DNA from: the human T2T-CHM13v2.0 reference genome, Homo sapiens
NCBI RefSeq assembly: GCF_009914755.1
Contig: NC_060948.1
DNA: 64,000 bases
Strand: one strand, 5' to 3'
Shown here: positions 19,297 to 35,560 of the stretch, piece after piece
How the letters are laid out: each line of letters begins with the position of its first letter
Position numbering within the stretch: the first letter of the stretch is position 1
The notes under the pieces: model-generated
What the model saw: the letters and a program-made list of their open reading frames with translations, nothing else
The model's database searches: none
What the model was told of the DNA's origin: nothing
Made by a program: the position numbers and the translations under genes

Positions 19297-19470
19297 AGCT
19301 GGTCAGCAAACTATGACCTTGGGCCAAATCTGGCCTGCAACATTTTTGTAAATAAAGTTTTATTGGAATCACAGAGAAGAGTTTAGTAACTGCAACAGAG
19401 ACAACATGGCCTGCAAAGGCCAAAATAATCACTATCTGACCCTTTATAGAAAAATATTGCTGACCCCTAT
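19297..19470 (+). mobile_element. MER58A-like MITE
   Basis: GGTCAGCAAACTATG...GGGCCAAATCTGGCC...GCTGACCCCT termini. Confidence 0.75.
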
Positions 19471-19932
19471 GTAGAGCAAGCCCTCACTCCAAACTCCTTG
19501 ATTTTTCTGAGAAGCATTGCAGCCATCCATGAATCTGAATGCTACAGGATTCTTCATTGCTATTCAAAGAAGACAGATATAGTCTCACAAAACAGAAATA
19601 AAAATAATGGAAGCCATGGCTTCTCATCTATCCCCTTGCCTCCTGCATCTGGAAAAAACTAGGCTAACACTCACAGTTTAGTAGCATGGGAAGGAATTCA
19701 GATGCCAAAGTCCTCTTATTACCATCTCTATCTATTATGTTTCCTAGAGGGCAGGAAGAATTTTTCTTTGTATTTGTTATGATATTGAGATTACACAATC
19801 AGTGGCATTCAAATAATTGATTACAGAGAATTAAGCATGACTTCACAGATATACTTTGTACTTTGTCTCTAAAGTTTATACTGCCCCTTCGCACACTATA
19901 AATGGACAAATTCTGCCTCAAGAAGTTGTTTT

Positions 19933-20395
19933 GGGAGAATTGCTTGAGCCCAGGAAGTCAAGGCTGCAGTGAGCCATCACTGCACCACTGCACTGTAGCC
20001 CAGGGTGACAGAGTGAGAGACTGTTTCAAAAAAAAAAAAAGAAAAGAAAAGAAAAAGAAAAAGGAAGTTGTGCAAAACATCCAGCAAATCACCAGTGAAT
20101 ATTTTAAAAGTCACAATAAATGATGATAAAAGACCTAAACTATACCTTTTATACAGGTATAGTGTAGTGATAAAGTACCCTGGCATAAAAATCATACTGC
20201 CTGGTTTTGTACCATGGCTTCTCAACTTACTTGGTAGGTGATTGTGGATAAATTATTTAAGCACTCTATACCCAAGTTTCTTATACAATGAAGATATGAG
20301 CAGTTGTAATAGATATATACAGATATATTAATAGAGTTGTGAAGATAAAATGCAAACCCATGTAAGGCACTTAGAATAAAACCTGGCACACGTTT
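19933..20395 (+). mobile_element. Alu right-arm fragment (19933-20060) and MIR (~20160-20395)
   Basis: Alu right monomer with A-rich tail; MIR core and tail motifs. Confidence 0.65.
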
Positions 20396-20865
20396 GCTGC
20401 TACTACCATGACCAGAACTACTATCATCATGACCAATACTCTTACTACTACATTATTTTCATTGTCATATTAAAAGCTCATCAGTAATAATTTGGAAAAT
20501 AAAGAAAGGATAGGTGTGCTACAATATTCATCACATCTAAATCAAAGAGTTCCCCTTAATTATTTTTACCAGGTATGGCTAACTCATTTGGAAGAGGACT
20601 TAATTCCCTTGAAATATTCTCCATGAAGCTTCATAGGGTTACCTAAGTAAAATAAAACTACTCCAAGTAGATGAATGAAAAAAGAAATAATCATAATTTC
20701 CAAGGAGAGAACAACGCTGCTTTCTCTAGAATGATAACAAAATAAATTTTGTCTGGAATCCAATGGGAAATTGGGTTTTGAAGTAGCTTTAGAGTCCTAT
20801 ACCTCAAATCTGTTGAGGAGAGAATGGTATTTAAACATGTTCACTCCAAACAGGAAAGGAACTAA

Positions 20866-21696
<831 letters not shown>

Positions 21697-22724
21697 AATG
21701 TCCTGTATATTAACATAAGATTACATCCACAAAAGTTCTTCAGACATCCTAAAAACACCTTCTTTAATATCAACCTGGAAGTAAATATGGATAGCTACTG
21801 GGGGCGGGGGTAGGGGGACAGACTTAGGGGGATCATGGGAATCACAGACCTATGCCTACAGACTTTATGAATTCAAGATGTCATTTGATCTAATTCTAAG
21901 ACTTCAGGTAGACACAAAAAATGTATTCTTATTTTACGGATGAGTCAATAAAAGCCTAAGGAGATGCTAAAACACCCAAGGTAACAATGTTATATACCTA
22001 AAGGGATTTTAACCATGTTCTCCTGCTTCCGGTATAGTTTTTCTTATATTGCACCACAATGAACACTGTTTCCTCCACTCAGTACCATGGTATTCTAGCT
22101 ATGTAGATTTATGTAGCAAGACATTTCTTCTGGCAAATCCTGCAATATCGGGAACTAATGGATAACAATGTCTTGCATTAAACTTCTCCTAGCATCCCGA
22201 CATTTCCCAAAAATCTGTCATAATCAACACTCCATTCTTGGGAAAGTATGATTTTTACATTTCTAGAAATTTCCATCAACATGGTATAAGACTGCCATGA
22301 ACAAACTATAAACATTAAAAATATCAGGGATAAATTCTTCTTTGGAGGATGCAGTTGACTCTACAGTTGCTAGGACACTATGAGGTAAATTTTAGTTTAA
22401 ATTTTCCTTGCTGTTCCTAATTGGGAAGGGGAGGCTAATACTATGGTACAATAGAAAGAACAGGCACCTGGATTCTAGTTTTAGCTCTGCCATTAATTAC
22501 TTGTTTGATCTTAAGTGAATCAATCTCTTGGAACTCTAGTTTCTTCATCTGTAAAACAAAGGGGTAAATCTAAAATTTTAAAGATCCCATTTAGCTTTAA
22601 ACCATGATGAATCCATATTTATACTGATTCTGAACAAACGGCCTCTAAGTCTGCTCACCAAATGTCTATTCTCAGTCTGGCCAAATACTACATTTCTTTT
22701 ATTTCATGGGTTACTTTCTTTAAT

Positions 22725-23315
22725 ACTGACCAACAGAACTTTGTGTAATAATGGAAATGTTGTATACCTGCACAGCCCAATATGGTTGCCACTAGTCACA
22801 TGTGGTCACTGAGCAGTTAAAAGAGGAACTAAATTTTAAATTTAATTTTAATTATTTAAATTTGAGTAGCCACACATGGCTACTGATTACCATACTGCAC
22901 ACCACAGCTCTAGAAGTCCTGAGAATTCAATTAAAAGACAATATTATCAAGCCCTCTCCTCAAACCTGAAAACCAGATCCAACTCATAAAACTTAAACTT
23001 AACAAAATTTCATCAAAAATGCAATTTGTGGCTGGGCACGGTGGCTCATGCCTGTAATTCCAGCATTTCAGGAGGCCGAGGCGGGCAGATTACCTGAGGC
23101 CAGGAGTTTGAGATCATTCTGGCCAACACAGTGAAAGCATGTCTCTACTAAAAACAGAAGAAATTGCATAGTGGCCTACACCTGTAATCCTAGCTACCGG
23201 GGAGGCTGAGGCATGAGATTCACTTGAACCTGGGAAGCAGAGGTTGCAGTGAGATCGCACCACTGCACTCCGGCCTGGGCGACAAGAGTGGGACTCTGTC
23301 TCAAAAAAAAAAAAA
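22725..23315 (+). mobile_element. MER3-like MITE (22725-22910) and AluS (23029-23315)
   Basis: MER3 motifs; Alu TSD AAAAATGCAATTTGT. Confidence 0.75.
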
Positions 23316-23655
23316 ATGCAATTTGTTAGTCAGCTAAGTTTAAAAGCAATTGATTCCATTTTCTTCTCAAAGTTCTCATTTTTCTCCTATGCTTCATGGA
23401 GGTGGTATTAGAGTAATCTTACATTTTTATATGTGGTACTTTAAATAGTGCCATATAGTGCTGGGGTTCCCACCTTTACAACAGTTCTATAGATATAGCA
23501 AATAGGAGTAAGCCCACAGATACAGCACACTTTAGAGCTACTTTTTCCCAATTGCAGCATTTATACTCTGCTGTCTCTGTACGCCTTTCCCTGTACCACC
23601 CTACTTTCCCTCTGCCCCCTTTGACAAAGAGCGCTCCAAGAAAACAGGCTGTTAC

Positions 23656-24295
23656 CTCCTCGAGCAGGCCTGCATAACAGAACGAAGGTCAAGAGATGCG
23701 TGGAAACGAATAGCCAGAAAGGTAAGTGGCTGCTGGGAAAGACTGCAGTCTCAGCACCCGGTCTCCCTTGGACACTGGAAAAGGCTTGCACTGCCACTGC
23801 TATACAGCAAGCCAGAGGCAAAGCTTGCAATTTGCTAAGGAGCTGCTACTAAGGAGGAGGAGAAGGAAGGGGAGGAGAAAAGGGAAAGAAGGCAAAATCT
23901 TGGGCCTCGGCAGAGCCAATGCTGCTAATAGTTCCCAAAATAACATTCAATTAGATACATGTTTTATACACTGTACCAAACCAATCAATACTACTTCTCA
24001 TTTGACAGGGAGGGGAGAGAGAGAAATTATTCCTCATGTGAAAGAAGACAGAGCAAAGAGAGATGCAGCATTCTCATTCTGGATCCTATTTCATCTGCCC
24101 TTGAGCTACCCTAGTTGCTGCATCCATCCAACTGAGCTGTAAATACTGCCTCACTTGAGGCTCAGGCATAGCCAGCTGGCAAATGCCAACAGCTGTGAAG
24201 AGACAGATAGATAAAAAAGGAACACCTGACACACAGAAATGCAGGAACAAATTTCATATCTGCTATAAATGGGATAAACCTAGATAGATAAAGAG
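23656..24295 (-). promoter_or_regulatory. Candidate internal promoter and alternative first exon inherited from PPP1R12B intron 13
   Basis: Unique sequence. Minus-strand TATAAAA at 23962-23968, CCAAT at 23981, CAGCTG E-boxes, GATA sites, CArG/MEF2-like CTATAAATGG at 24263, and donor GAG|gtaaca at 23656. Confidence 0.4.
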
Positions 24296-24596
24296 TTTAC
24301 ATACCACTCAATTTGATAAGCTAGCTACAGATCAGGAAGATTTCCAGGTCTAATATGTGTCACATATCAAAATATGATCTGATTTCATAGTTTAGGACAA
24401 TTGCATTCAAATGCTCATGTGCCATTTTTGGCCTCTCTAATCTGACACTGAGATCAGAGCTCATGTTTAAGCAACGAATCAAAGCTACAATTCCATTAAG
24501 AATTTTTTAAGAAAGAATTTCCCTCAGCCAAACTAAGCATTTCTTAAATCTAGACCTATAATTAACTGGCCCCAAATGTCAAGAGTGCTGAGTTTG

Positions 24597-24853
24597 CAGG
24601 GGGTGAAGTCAGCAAATTTTGTCTGTAAAGGGCCAAACAGTAAATCTTTCAGGTTTTGCAGGCCTACTCAACAGCTCTGTTGTGAGGCCAAAGCAGTCAC
24701 AGACAACACATAAATGAATGGGCAAGGCTGTGTGACTACTGCTTGCTGTGCTACACCAGCAGAAGGGAGCAGCTGCAACAGAAACCATGTGGCTTGAAAA
24801 GTCTAAAATATTTATTATCTGGTCCTTTGCAGAAAACATTTGCTGATCCCTGC
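24597..24853 (+). mobile_element. MER58B-like MITE
   Basis: GTCAGCAAA.TTT..CTGTAAAGGGCCA...TTTGCTGATCCCTG. Confidence 0.75.
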
Positions 24854-25259
24854 TCTAGACGCTAAGTTATATATCACCAAGCTATGGCTCAGAGAAGTCC
24901 TTTTGCTTTAGAGAAAGTGTGAGTCTGGTGTTTCTGTGACCTACCTTAGATAACTACTATATCATCTTGAATTCTTTTCCATGTGAACATTTGTTCCATT
25001 AAAAACATGCCAGCCTCAGTGCCAAAGCCACTTGCACAATGACAATGCTTTTACTTATGTAGGTCACTCTACAGTTAATTCACTGGTCAGAACAAGTGTT
25101 ACTGATGGTAAGAATGGCAGATTCAAGCACCAACAAGGCCAGTGAGTGCTGCTTTATTTCACACACATCAGCTATACCAGCTGGACCTGGCCAACTGTCT
25201 CAAATATTTATCATTTACTACAAAGTAGACCAAGACAAATTCAGCACCACCACTAATTT

Positions 25260-26630
25260 TTTTTAATAAGATAGCCCAAGAAACTAAACACACAAAATGT
25301 ATATGGAAATAACCTATATATCAAACAATAAGGGGAATGGTTAAATAAAGAAAGTTCATATGATAAAATATTATAGACATTAAAAGACAAACTAAAAAGT
25401 ACCATATATATGTAAGTTCCAAAATATTCATATCTGGAATATATAAAAAACTTTTACCCATTTTTTTAAAAAGAACCAACCTAATGACAACAACAAAATC
25501 AACAAAATACATAATCAGGAAATTCACAAAAAAGGAAACCAGAAAAGCATATAAACATAAGAGAAAATGTTGTTTCACTAGTAATAAAAAAAATGCAAAT
25601 TAAAATGAGAAATGATTTCATCTTCCTTAGATTACCAAAAAAGCAGCAACAAAAAAAAAAAAAACAAAAACATTTTAAGTCTAACCTAGTTGTAAAGAAT
25701 TAGAAACTCACATACATTGCTGGTGAGAGTGAAGAGGAGAGCAATCAGGCAGTGTCCAGTGAGATGCACTTACCCTATAGACCCAGAAATTCCATTTGGA
25801 AATAAATACTGTTGAGAAACTCTTGCACGTTTGTGTCAAGAAACATGAACAAGAATGTAAACAGCAGCATCATTAGTATTAGGGGAAGAAAAAAAAAGAC
25901 CTAAACACCTAAATGTCCATCAGCACAGGAAAAAAACAAAAACAAACTGTGGTATAATGGTACAATGGACTAAACTAAGCATTTAGAGTGAACAGACAGA
26001 ATGCTAAGTGACAAGAGCAAGTTTCAGAATGATGTGTGCAGGTTATACCATTTATATAAAGTATTAAAACATGTAAAAGAATTATATAAGTATGCAAATG
26101 AAAAATAATAGTAATAAAAATTTGAGAATGATAAATAGCAAATTCAGGATAGTGATTAATTTTAGGGAGAGAGTCAAGAGATGAGACTGAGGAGAGATAC
26201 ACAGGAGCTTAGCTATATTTTATTCTTAATAACTGAAGCAAATATGGCAAAATATTGGGATTTGATCAGACCAGAAGATGGAGAGATTGGGTGTTTGTGA
26301 TATTTAGTAACTTTTTGTTTTCATTTTTTTTTTTTTTTTTGAGATGAGGTCTTGCTCTGCCACCCAGGCTGGAGTACAGCTGGCATGATCATAGCTCACT
26401 ACAGCCTCAAGTGGGCTCAAGTGATCCTCCCACATCAGCCACTTGAGAAGCTGGGATTACAGGCACAGGCTCCCATGCCTGGCTAAATTTTTTTTTTCTT
26501 TATAATTCTCTGTAGAGATGAGGTCTCACTATGTTGCCCAGGCTTGTCTCCAACTCCTGAGTGCAAGTGATCCTCCCACCTCTGCCTCCCAAAGTGCTAG
26601 TATTACAGGCATAAGCCACTGCACCTGGCC
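25260..26630. mobile_element. Ancient L1ME 3' region (+, 25260-26260) and AluJ (-, 26325-26630)
   Basis: Degenerate L1 3' motifs; antisense Alu. Confidence 0.65.
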
Positions 26631-28285
26631 AATAATCTTTTAAAAGAAAAAGCCATACACAGCATGATCTCAAAATAAATAAAATATATAAAGATGTTAG
26701 CAGTGATATTGCTGATGGTAAGAATACGGGCAATTTTTATTTTCTATTTAAAATACAGTTATTGTGGGAAATTTTGTAAACTTTTTAAAAGGTTAGAAAC
26801 TTTTAACTTTGAAAAATGATCATTAATATTTAAAGGACTGTTCCAAACAGTAAGATATACATAAAAGAGATGTATTTGTATTTCACACTTTTTTTTATTA
26901 CCATAGTTCAAAGTGATATAGAAAGCACAGGTACTCCTCAGTATATGCTAAATACTAAAGGAAGCTAAATATGCCAGAAAAAAATTGGTCGGCCATAGGG
27001 GGCAAAGAGACAGAATAGAGGTCGGATGTGGTAGAAAAAGGAGTTCTAGCTTGCATAAGTAGGCAATCAGGAAAAGACCTGTGTTAGCATAGGTGGACTC
27101 TCTGTATTACGACCAGTAGATTCACAGACTCGCCTACTCTCACCAACTCCTAGAAATCGGTCTCCAGCTCCTGTAATCACTAGGATGGCCTCCAATGGGG
27201 GAAAAGGGTGGTATCTGGGGAAGCAGAAAAGCTCTTAGACCTGTGGTTCTTAACCTTTATTGAAATCTAACCCATCTTTAACAATCAGATAAGAAATGCA
27301 ATCTCCTACCCCTAAAAAAGCACTTACGTATACACAAAATTTGGCTAGCAATTTCAGGGATTTCTGAACTTTCCATTAGCTCAGATTATGAAGGAAAGGA
27401 TCTAGAAAGAAAGAACTCCCTAAAAGACCTAAATTCGATTTATCTTCAGAGAAAGCCTCTAAAATAAGTCCATTATTTTCACTTTCCAATTACCCTACTT
27501 TGCAGATGAATCCAATTCCTTTAAGACTCAGTGGCATATTTTTTTTTTCTTTTTTGAGTCAGGTTTCCTGAGGTAAGTTTACATATGGTAAAATTTGTCC
27601 TTTTTAGCAAATAGGTCTGTGAGTTCAAGTTTTGACAAATGCATAAAGTCTCTGTCACTGTAATCAAGATACAGAACAATTCTGTCACCCTCCAAAACTC
27701 ACTCATGCTACTTGGTAGTCACCCCAGTCCTAGCCTAAGGAAAATTTTTTTTAACTTTTATTTTTTATTTATTTATATAGGTAAACTCATGTCACAGAGT
27801 TTGTTGTGCAGATTATTTCATCAGCCAGGTACTAAGCCTACTACCCAATAGTTATTTTTAAAACTCACTGTTGAAGAAACACATTGACATTTTCTCACAC
27901 TAGAAAGTAATATATAAACCAACAACTGCCTTAGCTCATTAAGTCAGATGTTGGCCACTATACTAAACTGTAGATTATAACAAAAAAAGTGCTATTCTAC
28001 CCACAACTAACCACCATTCTCGAAGTTCTAGGAAGGTAGGGACTACTCTTCATCATTACATCATTAAAATTTAGCATTGTGCCTACCCTTTATTTGGTAC
28101 TCTAAAACAATTATTGAACTGAATTAAGGTTATGGATGAAATTCAGAATCTGAGCTATTCAGTTTTGTTTTAGAGTTGACCCTAATTCTCTACATATTTA
28201 TTTACCATTTTTAAAGTTTGGTCAACAGTGTATTGGTTCATGCGCTCATTTTGTTCATTCTATTCAACCAGTTTCCCATTTTACC

Positions 28286-28565
28286 TTTCTTTTCTTTTTT
28301 TTGAGACAGAGTCTTGCTCTGTCACCCAGGCTGGAGTGCAGTGATCACTGCAACCTCTGCCTCCTGGGTCTAAACGACTCAGCCTCTCAAGTAGCTAGGA
28401 CTACAGGCAGGCACCACCATGCCTGGCTAATTTTTTGTATTTTTAGTACAGACGGGATTTCACCATGTTGGCGAGGCTGGTTTCGAACTCCTGACCTCAG
28501 GTGATCCGCCCGCCTCAGCCTCCCAAAGTGCTGGGATTACAGGCATGAGCCACCATCCCCAGCCA
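28286..28565 (-). mobile_element. AluS with small internal deletions
   Basis: Antisense Alu dimer; TTTTACC.TTCTTT repeated on both flanks. Confidence 0.85.
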
Positions 28566-28780
28566 CCACTTTACCCTTCTTTACCTATTCCAAATCTCTG
28601 TTCTGAAGCAAGATCTTGTAAGGGAGTTGGACATATTAAGTACTGATAATTAAAATTTAAGACAAAAATTGCCACAAAGAGATAGCTCTGGAGAGGAAAT
28701 CTGAGGAGTATCAGGAATAAAATATTGCAAGGGGATGATCTGGGCAGAATCTAAAGAGAATAAGAGACTTCCTAGAAAAC

Positions 28781-30323
<1,543 letters not shown>

Positions 30324-33300
30324 AAGAGACATCCTAGAAAACAAGGGAGGACAACATTGCTTGCAGGACCATTCTCAGATTTTAAGCAGGAGACAGTGAC
30401 TGGATGAGATTTGCATATAAGAAAGATCACTAATGCTGCACTGTAGATGGTGGAATGGTGGGTGGGGCAGGGGAGAGGAAGGCCCAGTTAGGAGGGCCTG
30501 AGTTAACAGAAAGAGAGGAGAGGATGGAATTGAAGGATTCTTAAGGAGAATGACAGACAAGAGTTGGTGACAGACTAAATATGAGAGGTAAAGAATGAAA
30601 AGCCTTCTAGTTTGATTTCCAGGTTCTCAGTTGGGTGACATGTAAGACAATTAGCAAAGAGATTTCTAAAAAAAAAAGTGAGAACAAAGACTTTCTCTTG
30701 CCTTTTTAAGGCTAGAGAAAAGAAAGATTTGGTTTACCTGTTTGCTTATTCCCTCTTTCTAAAGAGGACTTGAGAATTCTTACAGAAATACATGTCTATA
30801 ACAATACTTCAAATAGATAAATAAAGGAAATAAGAAATAAGGAGATAAAGTAACAGCCAGAAATGGCTATTGTTATGGAGTGCCTACATGAAGTTAGGCA
30901 CTGTCCTAAGTAAGTCCTTTACATGTAGTACAAGGAACTTCTGCAAAGAAGTTTGAGCTGGAGAGAGAGATCTGAGTGCTAACTGCAGCAATCAGAATGG
31001 ATGAGATCAGCTAGGGAGAGTCCTAAGGAGAGAAAAGAAGGAAGCCTAAGGAACAATACCTAAGGTGTTTACAGAAAAAAAAGGGCTAAAAAGAACACAA
31101 AGAAGGAGCAATCAGAAAAGGTAGAAGTGAGCCAGGAAAGAATAATATCAGAGAGGTTATGGTAGAATAAAAATTTAGGAAGGCAATAGTCAACATTATA
31201 AATTACTGCCAGGATTCAAGGTAAAAGATGAAGTGACTAAGGAATTTAGTAATTTGGAAGTTCACAGGGCCCTTTGCCAGAAAAAATTCACTGGATTGGG
31301 GGGTGGGGCAGAATTTCTGTTTCAATATGTTGAACAATGAATAGAAGGCCAGGAAATGGATAAAGTGAAATTGGAAGACTGTTTCAAGACTAACAGTGAA
31401 GGGAAGAGTGAGATATGGTAACCCTAGAGAGCAGTGCAGGGTCAAATGTGAATCCTATTACGACAGGAAAAATAAACAACTGTCAAGGACAAATGAAATC
31501 ATGGTGCAGGTGTATTTTTGTAATAGATAGAACTAAACTTGCAGTTTTGCTTCCCAATGTTTATGCATTTTGTATGCTAAGTGTTCTATTAAACACTGTC
31601 AATTTCATTATAAAGAAATTTAGTTCTCAAAGGATTCTTGAGCTATTACTATATTTTATTCACATGTCAATGATTAATGAGCCATTTTCAGCACAAGTGT
31701 GCAAGGACTGTGAATCATACTCTAGTTCCCTTTATCAGGTTAGAAGACTAGATTTCCTTAGAAAAAATAAATTTAAAAGCTAGGTCAGTATACTATCCAG
31801 TATTATCTAAGAGACTCTGAGGAAGAGGAAGAAAAATCACTGTTTAAAGAAGAATCAGAAACAAGCCTTCAGGTAATAGCTGTCAGCCAATTCCATTTTT
31901 AAAAATACTTCTTAAAATAGAAATATACCTTCCCAAGGCTCTGGAACTCTCCCAAAGATAAGTTTCTTATATTCAGCAACCTCAGCCAACCCTGGACAGC
32001 CAGATGACCCATAAGACAACCTCTCATTTGGTTCTCAAAACAAAAATAAAAACAAAAAAACCCTATTTCCCATCTAGATTTCAGAGAGGCTAGCAAGTTT
32101 TCAATTTGCTTTACTTTCAGAAGTGATATTTCCCTACACAAAGACTCATTTCCTAGAAGTTCTACTTCCCCTTCAAATAAATATCAAGAGATTCTAACCA
32201 TTGTGCTTATATTGCCAAGCTCATGGTATACAAATATCCAGTGAAGACTGACCCCTTGGACACATTTTCTTGGAGGTGTAGAAGAGCAAGCATGGGCCTC
32301 AAAGTCCAAAAGACCTGGTTTTGAATTCTGGCTTTTCACTACAAATTCTGTGACTGTGGACAGATTCCTTAACCTAGCTGAGCCTCAGTGCATTCTCTTA
32401 CGTGAATTAAGAAAAGAATATTACTTATCTGACAAAGTTACAAAGATTAAATGCATCTAGCAGGGTACTTGGCTTATAGTAAGTTTTCAAAAACATTAAT
32501 TCTCTTACAGCATTTAAACCTTTCATATACTTAAAGGCCAACTCAATCTCCTCTGGCTCCATGAAGCCCCTTCTGACTACTCCATCCTATACCATTCATC
32601 TTCTCTGAACTCTTAATATACCTACCTAAACACAATTTTGCTCTCAAGGACATATTATTCCTTAATACACACTCATGCCTAACTATGTGTACATTTGATG
32701 TCTTGGATCATGAGAGCACTTGGGCATGTCCCTTTTTTATGATACTCACAGTTTTTAACACAATATTGAGCACATAACTAAGGCAGTCACTGATGACTTA
32801 GAATGCTATTATTTTATAATCTAATATTCCCTATAGATCTCCTAACTCCACCAATTAGCTGAGTAAGAAACTGAACAAGAGAAGTTAAATGGCTTGCCTG
32901 AGAAGGCATAAATTGTGGGCTTAGCTGGAGAGTAAACTAGGTATCCTCTCTTGCAATCCAGGGAGCTTTATACCTTGTACCTGTTGCTCTTGTGTGAAGA
33001 AGTGCCAGGGTGAATGTGCACAAAGGGCCTTCATGTGCCAAAAAAAAATCTGCATTCCCTATACTAAAACACTTAAATGGAATGGGATAGAAAGGCTCAT
33101 CTGCGAACTCATCCAAACACAAAACGGTCTTTGCTAGCTTCATACTCAAGTAGATCAATAGACATTCTTCTGCTGCCATCTTATGGGCATAGAAGATCAC
33201 TACACATGGGCTTATTTTCATTTTAGAAATAATTTTATTCAATAAACATTTACCCATCATCTACTATGTATTAGGCTCTGTGAAGAAAACTCAATTAAAA

Positions 33301-33449
33301 GCACCCCCAAGAAGCTCAGAATGTAGTAATGAAAAGCAACAACATACCACTTAATAAATTAGTAAACCAATCCTAAGACAGTGTTACAAAAAAAGAACAC
33401 TGAAGACAGAATACTAGTTTTAGCCTGGGGCTCGGGTGTAGCAAGGTAG

Positions 33450-33780
<331 letters not shown>

Positions 33781-34766
33781 TAATTTGCGGGAGTTCTTAC
33801 AGTATGAATACAATTTTGTTAAGCAGAGAAGGTGAGAAAAAACTATTCCAGAAAGAAGGTCACACATGGACAAAGGAAGAGGGTCATGAAAGTAAAATGT
33901 ACAGGAAATAGGCCTAATCTTTCTACCTGAGTAAAGTGATGCAATTACCAGGAAGAAGAGTTGAGAGAAAGGGATAAGAAAAATAGAGAGAAAAGTATAG
34001 TCCTGGGTAGGCTGAATTCAGAGTTTGGTGAGTGCTCTCTCTACAGAACTAAAATGACTAACAATCAGCAGGATTTTCTATATTGCCTGATTCAGCATGT
34101 GTTTGTATTCTGTCCAGAAATTGGTCCTCTGAACAAGATCAACTGGGAAACTTCTCATCTTATATACATGGAAAAACATTAACTTCCATTAATATTCATT
34201 CTGATTGTAGAGTGTGTAGTAAGTAAATAACTTTTACCCATACCTGATTGAACTAGTCTCTTCATTTTATAATTTCAAAGGCCAACTCAAGTTGCAATCT
34301 GCCCCTTCACCTACGTAAATGAGCTTCTTTCTGTAATTGCCCTAAATATCCAACAATACTTTTTTCTGTTTTACTTATTTAAAACATATATAATATTTAA
34401 GGCAAACAAAAAAGATATAAAGAATAATAAACCATCACCTATGTCTTACTATCCAAGTTAAGAATAACAGTGCCAATTCCAGTTTCTTCTTTAAAGAAGA
34501 AGCATGTTTCTACTTCTTGAAACTCTTAATTGTCCTCTGCTACCCTAATCTTTTGGGTCTGATGTTTATAAGTCAGTGCACATGTTTAAATTCAATAGGA
34601 ATGTGAAGAAACACTAGAGAAGTTCCATACTGGTTATATCTTATTCTTACCACTTGCCTTCTCCCACTTCTCCAACCATACCACCAAATCAAAGTATGCA
34701 ACCAAGCCAGTTTCCCAAAGAAACATGCATCTAGGACATTAAAGCCATCAAACAAAGAAATTTTAC

Positions 34767-35560
34767 CTGCTGCTTCTGACATTCCAGGCCCAGCACTTGC
34801 TGATGTCTCAATTCAGCACACTGGAGTTAGCCTCCAAACACATAGAGCGCTAACAAACTATGGCAGAGGCTTGTCTCAATTCCCCAGAATGCCCAGATCA
34901 ACTTCCTGTGCCTGATTCCATAAAACCAGGAATAGCAAGGAACTCTATTGCCAGATCAAATCATTCCAGGAGAGCAGGTCAAGCTACCTCAGACACACCT
35001 TGCCACACACCTGTGCAGCAACTTTCCCAGAAGCCCAATTTTCAACAAACAGGTGGCCACTCCTCTGACTGTCCTTCTCTAAACACTGGAGCTCATTTTA
35101 TGAGATTGTACCAGCAACTGTCCTTTTCTAACATGGGAAAATCAACTGATAAAAGAGAAGGGAGGGTTGAATGAGGGCTGAAAATTTTGTTCCCTCCTAC
35201 ATGTCACCAATATTCACAGCTCTGAAAAATGAACCACTTTATCAGAAGGAGATTAACCGCAAAAACATGGCTGATAAGCGCTTTTAGTAGCACGTGTTGG
35301 GTGACTGTCTTCGCTGTGAAGCAGCTGGGAACTGGGATAGAACTACCAGAGGTTCTGCTACATAAAGAAATGGATTCTTGTCCTTTCATCTAAATGCAGG
35401 TGTCCTGAGGGGGAGGGGGAAACACTTTAAGCTTCCACTTCTGAACTGTTAAGTGGTGGGCTGAGAAACGCATGACAAATGCCCTTGTCTCTGAAAATGA
35501 AGTGAGATGGTGTTGGCAACAGCCGTGTTTAGCAACAGAAATACTGAAAAAAGAAAATAG
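34767..35560 (-). promoter_or_regulatory. Candidate internal promoter and first exon (short M20/M21-type transcript) inherited from PPP1R12B intron 13
   Basis: Unique sequence with donor CAG|gtaaaa at 34767, CATTCC (TEAD) motifs and several TGATAA (GATA) motifs. Confidence 0.35.

Noticed and set aside
23726-24142. 138-aa plus-strand ORF with an Arg/Lys stretch
   Set aside because: Non-ATG start, arises from a purine-rich tract, and resembles no protein I recognise.
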